This document shows, in pieces, positions 19,204 through 31,083 of a stretch of 64,000 bases of DNA. The translations under genes were made by a program, and so were the position numbers. Numbering within the stretch: the first letter of the stretch is position 1; every line of letters starts with the position of its first letter. The notes beneath the pieces were generated by a model that was not told the DNA's origin, made no database searches, and saw nothing but the letters and a program-made list of their open reading frames with translations. This stretch comes from Desulfobacterales bacterium (GTDB taxonomy: Bacteria > Desulfobacterota > Desulfobacteria > Desulfobacterales > UBA2245), in contig JAXGZF010000003.1 in NCBI GenBank assembly GCA_040771865.1, forward strand, positions 124,001-188,000. The letters are read 5' to 3'.

Positions 19204-19671
19204 CTATAGATCAAGAATCTGTTTGAGTTTCAGGCGTATCCGGTGAATTCTCACCTTGATGTTCGCCTCGCTGGTTCCCACAATGGCAGCGATGTCCCTG
19301 TAAGACAGATTGTCGCTGACGGCCAGGGAAATAATGTCCCGATCATCAGGTTTCAGCTGCTGCAAACCGTCCAGAACTCTTCTGTATTCCTCCCGCACCA
19401 CCATCTGGCGCTCTTCGTCAGCGTCGTCGAGAATATCCTGTTGAATTTGCGTCTGCCGGGCATGCTTTCTGAAATAATCGAAAAGTGCATTGCGCGCGAT
19501 CGTATACAGCAGTGAGACATGGTTGTTTTTGTGATCCCCGTAATGTTCCAGATGCCTTGCGAAGCTTTCCTGCACGATGTCGCCGGAAAGCTCGTAATCT
19601 CCGGTCATTCTCATCAGATACGAAAATAGCTTCGACTTGTACTGGATATAAAAGGCCCTGTATGTATCCAT
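19204..19671 (-). CDS. ECF sigma-70 family sigma factor
   Basis: Region 2 (DIVQESF, LLYTIARN...DYFRK) and region 4 (LSYRDIAAIVGTSEANIKVRIHR). Confidence 0.93.
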   Translation of the reverse strand: MDTYRAFYIQYKSKLFSYLMRMTGDYELSGDIVQESFARHLEHYGDHKNNHVSLLYTIARNALFDYFRKHARQTQIQQDILDDADEERQMVVREEYRRVLDGLQQLKPDDRDIISLAVSDNLSYRDIAAIVGTSEANIKVRIHRIRLKLKQILDL

Positions 19672-19680
19672 TGCTTTAAT

Positions 19681-19708
19681 TAAACGTGAAATAACGGAAA
19701 AAGTTACA
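19681..19708 (-). promoter_or_regulatory. Putative autoregulatory ECF promoter
   Basis: Minus strand TGTAAC-tttttccgttatttca(16 nt)-CGTTTA, ending 9 nt before the ATG. Classic AAC/CGT ECF architecture. Confidence 0.7.
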
Positions 19709-19948
19709 TGTTCAGCCTATCAGCTCTCAAACGCCGTTCACAATAAAAATCCATGGCCCCGGGGCTTGAGAGTATTTTCATCAAATACAGACGCGATTTA
19801 AATAAGCATGTTGTCCGCGATCATTCGATTTCTATCGGCCGGTTGCTTTACAATCTGCCGGAATATCTGGTAGACAGAAATAATATTTCATGATCTGAAT
19901 TGGTTGCAAAAATCCCCACGGACTCGCCGTGAATCAAGGAATGGGACG

Positions 19949-22300
19949 ATGAACGCGGAAATCCTAAGCGTATTGATCATCCTGCTGATTGCCACGATTT
20001 TTCTGGTCTTCGAATGGATCCCTGCCGAGATCACAGCGCTGCTGGTCCTTGTTTCGCTGACTCTTTCCGGCGTGATTTTGCCTTTTGAAGCCATTTCAGG
20101 ATTCGGCAGCCCCGCCGTGGTGACGATCTGGGCGGTTTTCATTTTGAGCGGCGGCCTGACGCGCACCGGCGTCGGAGATCGCATCAGCCGGCTGGTGCTC
20201 AAGTTTTCAGGCCGCCGGGAGCGGGTGGTGGTTCTGATCATCATGCTCAGCGCCGGCGTCATGTCGGCCTTCATGAACAATACGGCCGTAGCGGCCCTGA
20301 TGCTGCCCGTTGTCGCCGATATCGCCCGCCGGACCGGGATATCCCCATTCCGCCTTTTTCTGCCGCTGTCTTACGGCTCTCTGCTGGGGGGGTTGACCAC
20401 ATTGATCGGAACTCCTCCCAATATTCTGGTCAGCGAAGCGCTGGTCAGCCAAGGGCTGAAACCGTTCGGCTTTTTCGATTTCACGCCGATCGGTCTCTGC
20501 GTGATGTTCGTCGGCATTGTTTTCATGACTCTGGCCGGTCCGTATCTGCTTCCGGAACGGAAACTCCCGGCGTCGCAGGCCTGCGAACCCTGTCTGGAAG
20601 ATCAGTACGGCCTTCAGGACCGCATGTTTCTGCTCAGGGTTCCGGAAGATTCCCGGCTTTCCGGAAAAACGCTGGCTGAAATCCGCATTGGCGCTCTGCT
20701 GGGTTTAAACGTAGTCACCATATACCGCAAGGATAACGTTGTTTACATTCCGGGTCCGCATACCCGGATTCAGGCGGGAGATCGACTGCTGGTCACAGGC
20801 CGCATCGAACAGCTTGAAAAACTGCGTAACTGGCTGAAGCTGACCATCGAACCGGCGGAAATCACCTTTGTTGAAATTATGACCGAACCGATTCGGGCCG
20901 CCCGTGTTGCCATCGCCGAACAGAGCGGCCTGAATGGCCAGTCGCTTTTCCAGGCCGGTCTGCGAGACCGGTTCGGCATTCAGGTGCTGGCGATTCTGGA
21001 ATCCGGACACCCGAGGCAGGGTCATTTTCAGGATGGCCCGCTTAAAGAAAACGACGTGCTTCTGGTCTTTGGACCAGAGGATCGAATGAAGGAGTTTCTG
21101 TCTCAGCCCGGCTTTGTCGGCGTCCAGCGGCTGTCGTCCCTTGAGTTGTCTCAGGCTTTCGGTCTGGACCGCCGCCTGTTTTCGCTGCGGGTGCCGCCGG
21201 GGTCCGCGCTTGCCGGAAAATCGCTCCGCTCCGCCCAGTTTTCAAGGGCGCTGGGAATGCAGCCCGTGGCCCTGATTCGAAAAGACGGCATCTTGCCGAT
21301 GCCGGACCCCGATGAGACAATCCTGGAAGGCGATCGTCTGGTGATTCTGGGAAGAATCGAAAATATCCTGTTGCTCAAAGATCTGGAAACGCTTTCCGTT
21401 CAGACCGAAATACCGGATATCAGCGCGCTGGAATCCGGAGAGATCGGCATGGTCGAGGCTATTGTTTCTCCTCACGGACGGCTGGCCGGAAAGACCTTGC
21501 GTCAGCTCAATTTCCGGGAAAAATACGGGCTGAATGTTCTGGCTTTCTGGCGCGAGGGCAGGGCCTTTCGAAGCGAGCTTGGCGACATGGCCCTTCGTTT
21601 CGGAGACGCCCTGCTGCTGATCGGGCCCCGGAAAAAGCTTCAGATGCTGGCGGCGGAAAAAGACCTTATCGTCCTGAACCCTGCCGTGCAGGAAGAACCC
21701 CGGCGTGAAAAAGTACATGCCGCCATTGTCATTATGGGGCTGGTGCTGATTCCGGTGCTTTTTGGCTGGATTCCCATCTATGTTTCGGCCGTTCTGGGCG
21801 CATCCCTGATGGTGATCAGCGGTTGCCTGACCATGGAAGAAGCCTACCGGTCCATCGAATGGAAGGCCGTGTTTCTAATTGCCGGCATGCTGCCCCTGGG
21901 AACGGCGATGGATCAGACCGGAGCGGCCCGGTTTCTGGCGGAAAATCTTTTATCCGTCCTGGGACAGTTCGGCCCCATGGCTGTGATGGCCGGATTGATC
22001 GGCATCACTTTTCTGGCCACCTGCTTTATTCCCACGTCGGCCTTGGTGGTGCTCATGATTCCCATCGTATTGACCACATCGGTCGATACCGGCATGTCTG
22101 CCCAGGCTCTGACCATGACCGTCGCCATGGCGGCTTCTTCCAGCTTCATGACGCCGATTTCGCATCCGGCCAACCTGATGGTCATGGGTCCCGGAGGGTA
22201 CCGTTTTCTGGATTATTTAAAGGCGGGACTTCCGCTGACCCTGATCGTGACGGTGGTTCTCATGGTCTTGCTGCCGGTCTTCTGGCCGCTTTTTCCGTAA
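19949..22300 (+). CDS. SLC13/DASS-CitMHS family permease with multiple TrkA-C (RCK_C) domains
   Basis: SAFMNNT, LGGLTTLIGTPPNI and FMTPISHPANLMVMGPGGYRF motifs, with four 'L.GK/Q.L' TrkA-C repeats in the middle. Confidence 0.9.
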   Translation: MNAEILSVLIILLIATIFLVFEWIPAEITALLVLVSLTLSGVILPFEAISGFGSPAVVTIWAVFILSGGLTRTGVGDRISRLVLKFSGRRERVVVLIIMLSAGVMSAFMNNTAVAALMLPVVADIARRTGISPFRLFLPLSYGSLLGGLTTLIGTPPNILVSEALVSQGLKPFGFFDFTPIGLCVMFVGIVFMTLAGPYLLPERKLPASQACEPCLEDQYGLQDRMFLLRVPEDSRLSGKTLAEIRIGALLGLNVVTIYRKDNVVYIPGPHTRIQAGDRLLVTGRIEQLEKLRNWLKLTIEPAEITFVEIMTEPIRAARVAIAEQSGLNGQSLFQAGLRDRFGIQVLAILESGHPRQGHFQDGPLKENDVLLVFGPEDRMKEFLSQPGFVGVQRLSSLELSQAFGLDRRLFSLRVPPGSALAGKSLRSAQFSRALGMQPVALIRKDGILPMPDPDETILEGDRLVILGRIENILLLKDLETLSVQTEIPDISALESGEIGMVEAIVSPHGRLAGKTLRQLNFREKYGLNVLAFWREGRAFRSELGDMALRFGDALLLIGPRKKLQMLAAEKDLIVLNPAVQEEPRREKVHAAIVIMGLVLIPVLFGWIPIYVSAVLGASLMVISGCLTMEEAYRSIEWKAVFLIAGMLPLGTAMDQTGAARFLAENLLSVLGQFGPMAVMAGLIGITFLATCFIPTSALVVLMIPIVLTTSVDTGMSAQALTMTVAMAASSSFMTPISHPANLMVMGPGGYRFLDYLKAGLPLTLIVTVVLMVLLPVFWPLFP

Positions 22301-22534
22301 GAACTGCCCCGGTGTCTCAGCGGGAATTTTGCCCGAAAATCTGTGTATAACGGGTGTGGACAAGCCTGTTGAAAAAGGGTAAGGTGCAGCCGTTTTAATG
22401 CTCTGAAGAGGTTTTGACGGACGGAACTTCCGGAAAATCCTGAAACGGACCTGAAACGTCTGAATTCAGAAAAAACCAGACGCCCTGCGGCATTTTCTGA
22501 ATGAAATCCCTTACTTTTTCCTTTATTGAGTCCT

Positions 22535-23683
22535 ATGATGCCTTTTGAATATCAACGAACCGGCCGATTCTTCGCCCAGGTGTCTGAAGATCTTAAAGAT
22601 ATCGGCATTCGGGAGCTGTCTGAAAATCAGGCCGGAAACATTAAACCGGGTTACGCCGGAATTTATTTCTCGGCGGACAAGGCCGATTTTTACCGGATTC
22701 ATTACACGACCCGGATTCTGACCCGGATTCTGGCCCCGCTGGCCGTCTTCACCTGCCGGGACAAGGATGATCTTTATGCGAATATCAAACAACTCGCCTG
22801 GCCCGAAATTTTTTCGGTCAACAACAGCTTTGCCGTATTTGCCAATGTGTCCAACCATCCGAACATCACCCATTCCCATTATGCATCACTGTGCCTGAAA
22901 GACGCCGTGGCCGATCATTTCCAGCAACGCTTCGGAAAACGGCCCTCGGTTGACGCACGGGCCCCGGATCTCTGGATCAATCTGCATATTCGTGAAAATC
23001 AGGCCACCGTCAGCCTGGACACCTCGGGCGGATCCCTGCACCGCAGGGGATACCGAACGGCTCAGGTGGATGCGCCGATGCAGGAGAATCTGGCCGCCGC
23101 CATTATCGAGCTTTCCGAATGGGATGGAATCCGGCCCCTCTATGATCCCATGTGCGGTTCGGGAACCCTGATCAGCGAAGCCCTGATGCGTTACTGCCGG
23201 ATTCCTGCCGGAATCTTGAGAAAACACTATGGGCTGGGGTATCTTCCGGATTTTGACGCCTATCTCTGGCAGAACGTCGTAAAGAAGGTCAACGAAGCCA
23301 TCCGCCCCCTGCCCGTCGGACTGATCGGCGGCAGCGACATATCCGCCAAGGCCCTGGCCGCGGCCCAGACCAATTTGCAGAATCTTCCCTTTGGCGGAAG
23401 GATCCGGCTGGAGGTCAAGGCATTTGAAAAAATCCGAAGCCTGACCGACAGCCTCATCGTGACCAATCCGCCTTACGGAATCCGTCTGGGAGAAAAATCC
23501 GATGCGGAAGCGCTGCACGAATCCTTTGGGAACTTTTTAAAACAGCGATGCAGGGGGTCTGTGGCCTATGTCTATTTCGGAGACCCTGAACTGATCAAAA
23601 AAGTCGGCCTGAAACCAAAGTGGAGAATGCCGCTTTCCAACGGCGGACTGGACGGCCGTCTGGTCAAATACGAGATTTTTTAA
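22535..23683 (+). CDS. rlmL: THUMP-domain rRNA m2G methyltransferase (RlmL-like)
   Basis: SLDTSGGSLHRRGYR, APMQENLAAA, DPMCGSGT and TNPPYG motifs. Confidence 0.85.
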   Translation: MMPFEYQRTGRFFAQVSEDLKDIGIRELSENQAGNIKPGYAGIYFSADKADFYRIHYTTRILTRILAPLAVFTCRDKDDLYANIKQLAWPEIFSVNNSFAVFANVSNHPNITHSHYASLCLKDAVADHFQQRFGKRPSVDARAPDLWINLHIRENQATVSLDTSGGSLHRRGYRTAQVDAPMQENLAAAIIELSEWDGIRPLYDPMCGSGTLISEALMRYCRIPAGILRKHYGLGYLPDFDAYLWQNVVKKVNEAIRPLPVGLIGGSDISAKALAAAQTNLQNLPFGGRIRLEVKAFEKIRSLTDSLIVTNPPYGIRLGEKSDAEALHESFGNFLKQRCRGSVAYVYFGDPELIKKVGLKPKWRMPLSNGGLDGRLVKYEIF

Positions 23684-23699
23684 GGAGGTTGAACACCCC

Positions 23700-25385
<1,686 letters not shown>

Positions 25386-26115
25386 AAGGATTTGATGGCG
25401 CAAAAACGCCTGAGAGCAGTTGAACCAGTCAGCCGGAACTTCGGAACAGACGTCCCGGCCTCTGTTTCTGAAATGCCTTGACGTGCCGGCTTCTTTTTGC
25501 CTTGCCTTGACTCACCTTGGAAATACCGGCTTTCAGGGCCAATGTCATTATCAACGCGTTCTTTAACGGAAGAAAGCGGCTTTTTAGCCTTGATCAGAGC
25601 ATACTTACCCTGCTGATGCCATCACTCGATTGCTGATGCAGCGGCTGATTCGGCAAGGCCGGATGAGTTCGGTCAGGTCGTTGCGGCTTTCCGGAAATGT
25701 CCGTATCGGCAACACGCCCCCGTCTGACATGCATCAACGTAAAATCGCGACACCCTTCGCAACTTCGGCCCAGCATCGTCAATTCCATGGACAACTATTC
25801 TTTGACATGAAAACAGTTTTACTTTATAGTTCAACATTAAAAAAAGAAATTGTCATCAATTCAATAAATGACTTTACAATTGATGAAGAATATTGCAGCC
25901 GAAGGTGTGAGAATCTTGAGCGTTAAATGCCCATTTGAACATGAAAACGATCTTGGTTTCCATGCCCAATGAACGGGAAATGAGACAATAAAGAAGGTCT
26001 GTTTTATGAAGCAATTGAACGGGAATATCCATTCCAGGTCGGGTATCAGGAAGAAGACATTCAGAAGCAGCGCCCTTTTTTCTTTGTGTAAACTTTGCTC
26101 CACAAGGAGAATGTC

Positions 26116-26511
26116 ATGAAAACCCTGATTGTAGAAGACGATTTCACCAGCCGCCTTCTTCTGCAGGAACTGCTGAAGATCTACGGCCCGACCCATATTG
26201 CCGTCAACGGCAGGGAGGCGGTTGATGCCATGCGTCTGGCCCGTGTATCCGGAGAACCCTATGACCTCATCTGTCTGGACATCATGATGCCGGAAATGGA
26301 CGGACAGGAGGCTCTGAGCATCATTCGTCAGATGGAAGCATCTACGGGCGCCCGAAGGGAACACTCTACCAGAATTGTAATGACAACCGCCCTGGCGGAC
26401 AGGGCAAATGTTATGAAAGCGGCTCAACAGCGATGTGACGCCTTTCTGGTAAAGCCCATCGAGAAAGCAAAACTGATAGAAGCATTGCACAGGCTCAACC
26501 TGATTTCATGA
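26116..26511 (+). CDS. Single-domain response regulator (CheY-like)
   Basis: LIVEDD, LDIMMPEMDG, MTTA and LVKP motifs. AAGGAG RBS. Confidence 0.92.
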   Translation: MKTLIVEDDFTSRLLLQELLKIYGPTHIAVNGREAVDAMRLARVSGEPYDLICLDIMMPEMDGQEALSIIRQMEASTGARREHSTRIVMTTALADRANVMKAAQQRCDAFLVKPIEKAKLIEALHRLNLIS

Positions 26512-26527
26512 CCCGGAAATATGAACC

Positions 26528-26673
26528 ATGCGTATTCTGATAGCCGAAGATGAATTCACACTCCGCGTCCTGCCGTTCCAGACCGCATGATGCCGGAGAT
26601 GGATGGACCGGAGATTTTGCGCCACGCCCGCACCCTCATGAAGCGGAATGAGCCACGGAATCGGCTGAAGTAA
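26528..26673 (+). pseudogene. Internally deleted, frameshifted response-regulator remnant
   Basis: ATG 26528 gives MRILIAEDEFTLR, then a stop. A second frame from 26581 gives DRMMPEMDGPEILRHAR. These are two receiver motifs with the intervening helix/strand missing. Confidence 0.7.
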
Positions 26674-26706
26674 TGAAGAAGCTGTATTTCGAACATTGCA
26701 AAGACG

Positions 26707-29700
26707 GTGATGACGAAACCGAAAAGGGACGACATGAAAGAAGACATTTCCAAACCTGCCGGCACGACCGCCGTGGTGGTCAATGACGATGCGACCCAGC
26801 TCAACCTTCTGTCCGGACTGGTGCGCAAGGCAGGTCTCGAGCCGATCGCCTTCGCTGGGGCTGAGGCCGCCCTGGCCGCCATGAACCATGAGCATCCGCC
26901 CGCACTTATCGTGACAGACCTCTACATGCCGGGCGTTGATGGCTGGCGATTCTGCCGCCTGCTGCGTTCGACCGAATACGCCGCTTTCAACAAAATCCCC
27001 ATTCTGGTGGTTTCGGCCATTTTCGCGGGCGATGAGCCCGACAGGATTGCCGCCGATCTCGGAGCCGACGCCTTCCTTTCCTCTCCGGTGGATGGCAAGC
27101 ACTTCGTCGAGCAGGTGCGGGCAATTCTTCGCGGTGAGCGCAAGCCGACACCCCTGCGCGTCCTGATCGTCGAGGACAGCAAGACCCTGGTTGCTGTATT
27201 CAAGAAGGCATTTGCGGCCGAAGGCTGGCATGCGGACGCGGCGCTTACGGCCCGCGGGGCGGTCCAAGCCTTTTCTGGAATTGCCTATGACGTGGCTGTA
27301 CTGGATTACAATCTGCCCGATGGTACGGGGGACGTTCTGCTCGATGCGTTTCGGGCGCAGCGGCCCGCCTGCGTATGCATCATGATGACCTCGAATCCGG
27401 GGCCGATGCTGGCTCTGGACTGGATGAAACGGGGCGCTGCCGCCTATCTGCGCAAGCCTTTCGAGCCTGCGTACCTCATAGAGCTGTGCGTCCGGGCCCG
27501 TAGGGAGCGCGCACTTTTGCGCGCGCAGGAACTGCTCGAAGTTCGAACCCGCGAATTGCGGGAGAGCGAGGCCTTCGTCAGATCCGTCATGGATCATCTG
27601 CCCATAGGCCTAGCTGTGAACTCGGTGGATCCTGCTGTGGAGTTCACCTACATGAACGACAATTTTCCCAGGATATACCGGACGACGAGAAAAGCGCTTG
27701 CCGGCCCGGATGCGTTCTGGAATGCCGTCTATGAGGATCCTGTTTTCCGTGAAGAAATTAAGAAAAGGGTATTGAATGATTGCGCCAGCGGCGACCCGGA
27801 ACGCATGCATTGGGAAGATGTCCCGATCACCCGCAGGGGGGAGGACCCCGTCTTCATCTGTGCACGCAATATACCTTTGCCTGAAAAACAGTTGATGATG
27901 TCGACCGTTTGGGACGTCACCGAGCGCAAGCGGGCGGAGGAGGCCCTGCAGGCCAGCGAAAAACTCTATCGCAGCGTTATTGAAAATATCAACGACACCT
28001 TTTACCGGACCGATTTTAAAGGAAACCTCGTGATGGCAAGCCCTTCGGTCAAGAAATTGCTCGGTTATGATTCGGTTGAAGAAATCATCGGGCTCAACGT
28101 CGCCGAAGAGTTTTATTTTTATCCCGAAGATCGTGACATTCTCCTGTCGGCAGTTGAAAACCAGGGAGCTGTTACAGATTATGAGATAACACTCAAACGC
28201 CGTGACGGCACTCCGGTAGCAGTGGCCACGAGCAGTCATCAATATTTTGACGAAGATGGAAATCTGCTTGGAATCGAAGGGATCCTGCGGGATATCACGG
28301 AACGGAAGCAGTCCGAAAAAACGCTGCGCGACAGCGAATCCAAATTTCGCGCCCTTGCAGAAAGTTCATCCTCCGCGATATTCCTTGTTCAGGGTACAAA
28401 ATATATTTACACGAATCCGGCATTTGAGACGGTTACCGGTTATACGACGGATGACTTTGTCGACATGAATTTCTGGGATATTATGCATCCGGATTTTCGG
28501 GAGCTGGTGAAAAGCAGGGGAATCAATCGGCTGAAAAAAGAGAGCCCGCCATCCAGATACGAGATCAAATTCATCACCAAGAATGGCCAGGTAAAATGGG
28601 TCGATTACTCCGCCGCGCTCATCGACCTTGACAATACGCCGACGATCATGGGGTCGGCTTTCGACATTACCGAGCGCAAACAGGTGGAGGAAGCCCTGCG
28701 GGAATCGGAACAGCGGTTGTCTCATATTATTGATTTTTTGCCGGATGCCACGTTTGTGATTGACGGAACCGGGAGAGTTGTCGCCTGGAACCGGGCCATC
28801 GAAAGGATGACCGGGATCAGTGCGGCCGATATGCTCGACAAGGGTGATCATGAATATTCCCTGCCGTTTTACGGGATTCGCCGGCCCGTGCTTGCAGATC
28901 TCGTGTCCCAATCTGTTGAGGAGATCAAGAAGCACTATCATTCCGTCAGAAAAGAAGGGGACATTGTTTTGGCCGAGGTGGAGGTGCCCGTAAAGGGACA
29001 TACCCGTGCCCTCTGGAGTATCGCCAGACCTTTATACGACAGCGGGGGTCATGTCGCGGGGGCCATTGAATCCATCCGCGATATAACCGATCAGAAAAAA
29101 CTCCAGATCCAGCTCCGCCAGGCCCAGAAGATGGAGGCCATCGGCACGCTGGCCGGAGGAATCGCCCATGATTTCAATAATATTTTGAGTTCCGTCATCG
29201 GCTACACGGAAATGGCGCTTGAAGAATCCGATGCGGACGGCCGTCTCCGGCGCTACCTCGAGCAGATTCACAAGGCGGGCGGGCGGGCAAGGGATCTGGT
29301 GAATCAGATTCTTACTTTCAGCCGCAAAGAGGGACAGATCCGGAAACCCGTTCTGGTTGCATCCATCATTGATGAAGGAATAAAAATGCTCCGGTCTTCC
29401 CTGCCTTCAAGCGTTCAGATTACCCGGCGCATTACACAGGCGCCCGCCATGATTCTTTCCGATTCAACGGAGATCCATCAGGTTCTGATGAATCTCTGCA
29501 CCAATGCCGCCCATGCGATGCGTGAAGCAGGCGGGATATTGGATATTCAACTGACGCAGGAAAAGGTGGACCTTGACAGAGAAATGTACCCCTTCAACCT
29601 TGCCGCAGGCAACTATGTGAAACTCATTGTCAGCGATACCGGGCATGGAATTGATTCGTCCGTTATGGAACGGATGTTCGACCCCTTCTTTACCACCAAG

Positions 29701-30249
29701 GGTCCGGGGGAAGGAACAGGCCTGGGTCTTTCCGTGGTGTATGGAATCGTCAGGGATCACGGGGGCGCCATCGATATTGTGAGCGAAGTCGGAAAGGGAA
29801 CGACCTTCAGCGTGTATTTTCCGCTTGAAGAAATGGAGACGCCTATGCAGGAACATGCGCCCGAACAGATTCCCGGAGGCAGCGAGCGGATTCTCTTTGT
29901 CGATGACGAGGCGGCCCTGGTTGAACTGGGGGACATCATGCTGACATCCCTCGGTTACCAGGTAACATCCAGAACGAGCAGCGTCGAGGCACTGGAGCTC
30001 TTTCGCGCCCTGCCCCATGATTTTGATCTGGTGATTTCAGACATGACCATGCCGAATATGAGGGGAAACGATCTTGCAAGGGAGATGCTGAAAATACGAT
30101 CCGACATTCCGGTGATTATCTGCACGGGTTTCAGCGAGATGATCACGGAAGAGAAGGCAAGGGCTCTCGGCATTCGCCGGCTGGTCATGAAGCCCATCTT
30201 CAAGAAGAATATCGCCCGGGTGATCCGGGACGTTCTGGACAAAGAATAG
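26707..30249 (+). CDS. Hybrid sensor histidine kinase, REC-REC-PAS x4-HisKA-HATPase-REC (start may be 26734)
   Basis: Two N-terminal receivers, four PAS/PAC units ending D[VI]T[ED], H-box [12 protein letters not shown] boxes (NLCTNA, DTGHG, FFTTK..GTGLGL) and a C-terminal receiver. No TM segment. Confidence 0.95.
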   Translation: MMTKPKRDDMKEDISKPAGTTAVVVNDDATQLNLLSGLVRKAGLEPIAFAGAEAALAAMNHEHPPALIVTDLYMPGVDGWRFCRLLRSTEYAAFNKIPILVVSAIFAGDEPDRIAADLGADAFLSSPVDGKHFVEQVRAILRGERKPTPLRVLIVEDSKTLVAVFKKAFAAEGWHADAALTARGAVQAFSGIAYDVAVLDYNLPDGTGDVLLDAFRAQRPACVCIMMTSNPGPMLALDWMKRGAAAYLRKPFEPAYLIELCVRARRERALLRAQELLEVRTRELRESEAFVRSVMDHLPIGLAVNSVDPAVEFTYMNDNFPRIYRTTRKALAGPDAFWNAVYEDPVFREEIKKRVLNDCASGDPERMHWEDVPITRRGEDPVFICARNIPLPEKQLMMSTVWDVTERKRAEEALQASEKLYRSVIENINDTFYRTDFKGNLVMASPSVKKLLGYDSVEEIIGLNVAEEFYFYPEDRDILLSAVENQGAVTDYEITLKRRDGTPVAVATSSHQYFDEDGNLLGIEGILRDITERKQSEKTLRDSESKFRALAESSSSAIFLVQGTKYIYTNPAFETVTGYTTDDFVDMNFWDIMHPDFRELVKSRGINRLKKESPPSRYEIKFITKNGQVKWVDYSAALIDLDNTPTIMGSAFDITERKQVEEALRESEQRLSHIIDFLPDATFVIDGTGRVVAWNRAIERMTGISAADMLDKGDHEYSLPFYGIRRPVLADLVSQSVEEIKKHYHSVRKEGDIVLAEVEVPVKGHTRALWSIARPLYDSGGHVAGAIESIRDITDQKKLQIQLRQAQKMEAIGTLAGGIAHDFNNILSSVIGYTEMALEESDADGRLRRYLEQIHKAGGRARDLVNQILTFSRKEGQIRKPVLVASIIDEGIKMLRSSLPSSVQITRRITQAPAMILSDSTEIHQVLMNLCTNAAHAMREAGGILDIQLTQEKVDLDREMYPFNLAAGNYVKLIVSDTGHGIDSSVMERMFDPFFTTKGPGEGTGLGLSVVYGIVRDHGGAIDIVSEVGKGTTFSVYFPLEEMETPMQEHAPEQIPGGSERILFVDDEAALVELGDIMLTSLGYQVTSRTSSVEALELFRALPHDFDLVISDMTMPNMRGNDLAREMLKIRSDIPVIICTGFSEMITEEKARALGIRRLVMKPIFKKNIARVIRDVLDKE

Positions 30250-30328
30250 TGGATGGAATTGCCCGTAAAGCCGGACCGTCCGAAAGCACCCGCCAGCCAA
30301 TCCCTCCGGGCCGATCCGCAATCGGTTG

Positions 30329-30357
30329 TTGACAGATTAAAACAATTGTTTTAAAAA
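30329..30357 (+). promoter_or_regulatory. Sigma-70 promoter overlapped by a perfect 18-bp palindromic TetR operator
   Basis: TTGACA (30329-34), 17-nt spacer, TAAAAA. The palindrome TTAAAACAATTGTTTTAA spans 30337-30354. Confidence 0.8.
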
Positions 30358-30405
30358 AGACGCATTCAGCCTGTTTCCCGGGTCTTGTTGTTTAAAGGAG
30401 GGCAT

Positions 30406-31083
30406 ATGGAAAACAGACCAGGCGGCACGCGGGATCGTATTCTGGATGCGGCCGGAGCGATCTTTGCCCAGCGCGGGTTCAAGGCGGCCACGGTCCGGCA
30501 GATCGCCGAGGCCTCGGATGCCAATATCGCCGCGGTCAGCTATTATTTCAGGAGTAAGCAGGGTCTTTACCGTGCGGTTCTCGAGGATCTGCTGGCCGGC
30601 GGATTTGAAAAGTTTCCCGCGGACATGGGCATTGATGCGTCCGCCGGACCGGAGGACCGCCTGAGAGCGTTTGTCCGGTCGTTTCTTTACCGGCTGCTGA
30701 GCCGCGAGGGATGGGGCGGCTATGAAGGCAAGGCCCGGCTGATCGCCAAGGAATTTTCAGATCCGTCATCTGCCATGGGCAAGGCGGTGGAAAAGCATAT
30801 TCTGCCCCACAAGCGGATGCTTGTACAAATCATATCAGATCTTCTGGGACCCGGCGCCGGGCAGGAAACGGCGCTGCGGTGCGCTTTCAGCATCATCGGG
30901 CAGTGCCTGTACTATGTGCTGGCCCGGCCGGTCATTGACCGGATCGCGCCGGAGGGGGTGCCCGCCGAGGACCGGATCGAAGATCTGGCCGAACATGTGA
31001 TCTGCTTTTCGCTGGGCGGCATCGCCCGCCTCAGAACTCCTTTTCAAACCGCTTCGCAACAGTCCGGAAAGGGAAGGGCATGA
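30406..31083 (+). CDS. TetR/AcrR regulator, CecR/YbiH-like
   Basis: HTH RILDAAGAIFAQRGF..ATVRQIA...YYFRSKQGLY and C-terminal SIIGQC...FSLGG. Heads a ybhGFSR-like operon. Confidence 0.9.
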   Translation: MENRPGGTRDRILDAAGAIFAQRGFKAATVRQIAEASDANIAAVSYYFRSKQGLYRAVLEDLLAGGFEKFPADMGIDASAGPEDRLRAFVRSFLYRLLSREGWGGYEGKARLIAKEFSDPSSAMGKAVEKHILPHKRMLVQIISDLLGPGAGQETALRCAFSIIGQCLYYVLARPVIDRIAPEGVPAEDRIEDLAEHVICFSLGGIARLRTPFQTASQQSGKGRA

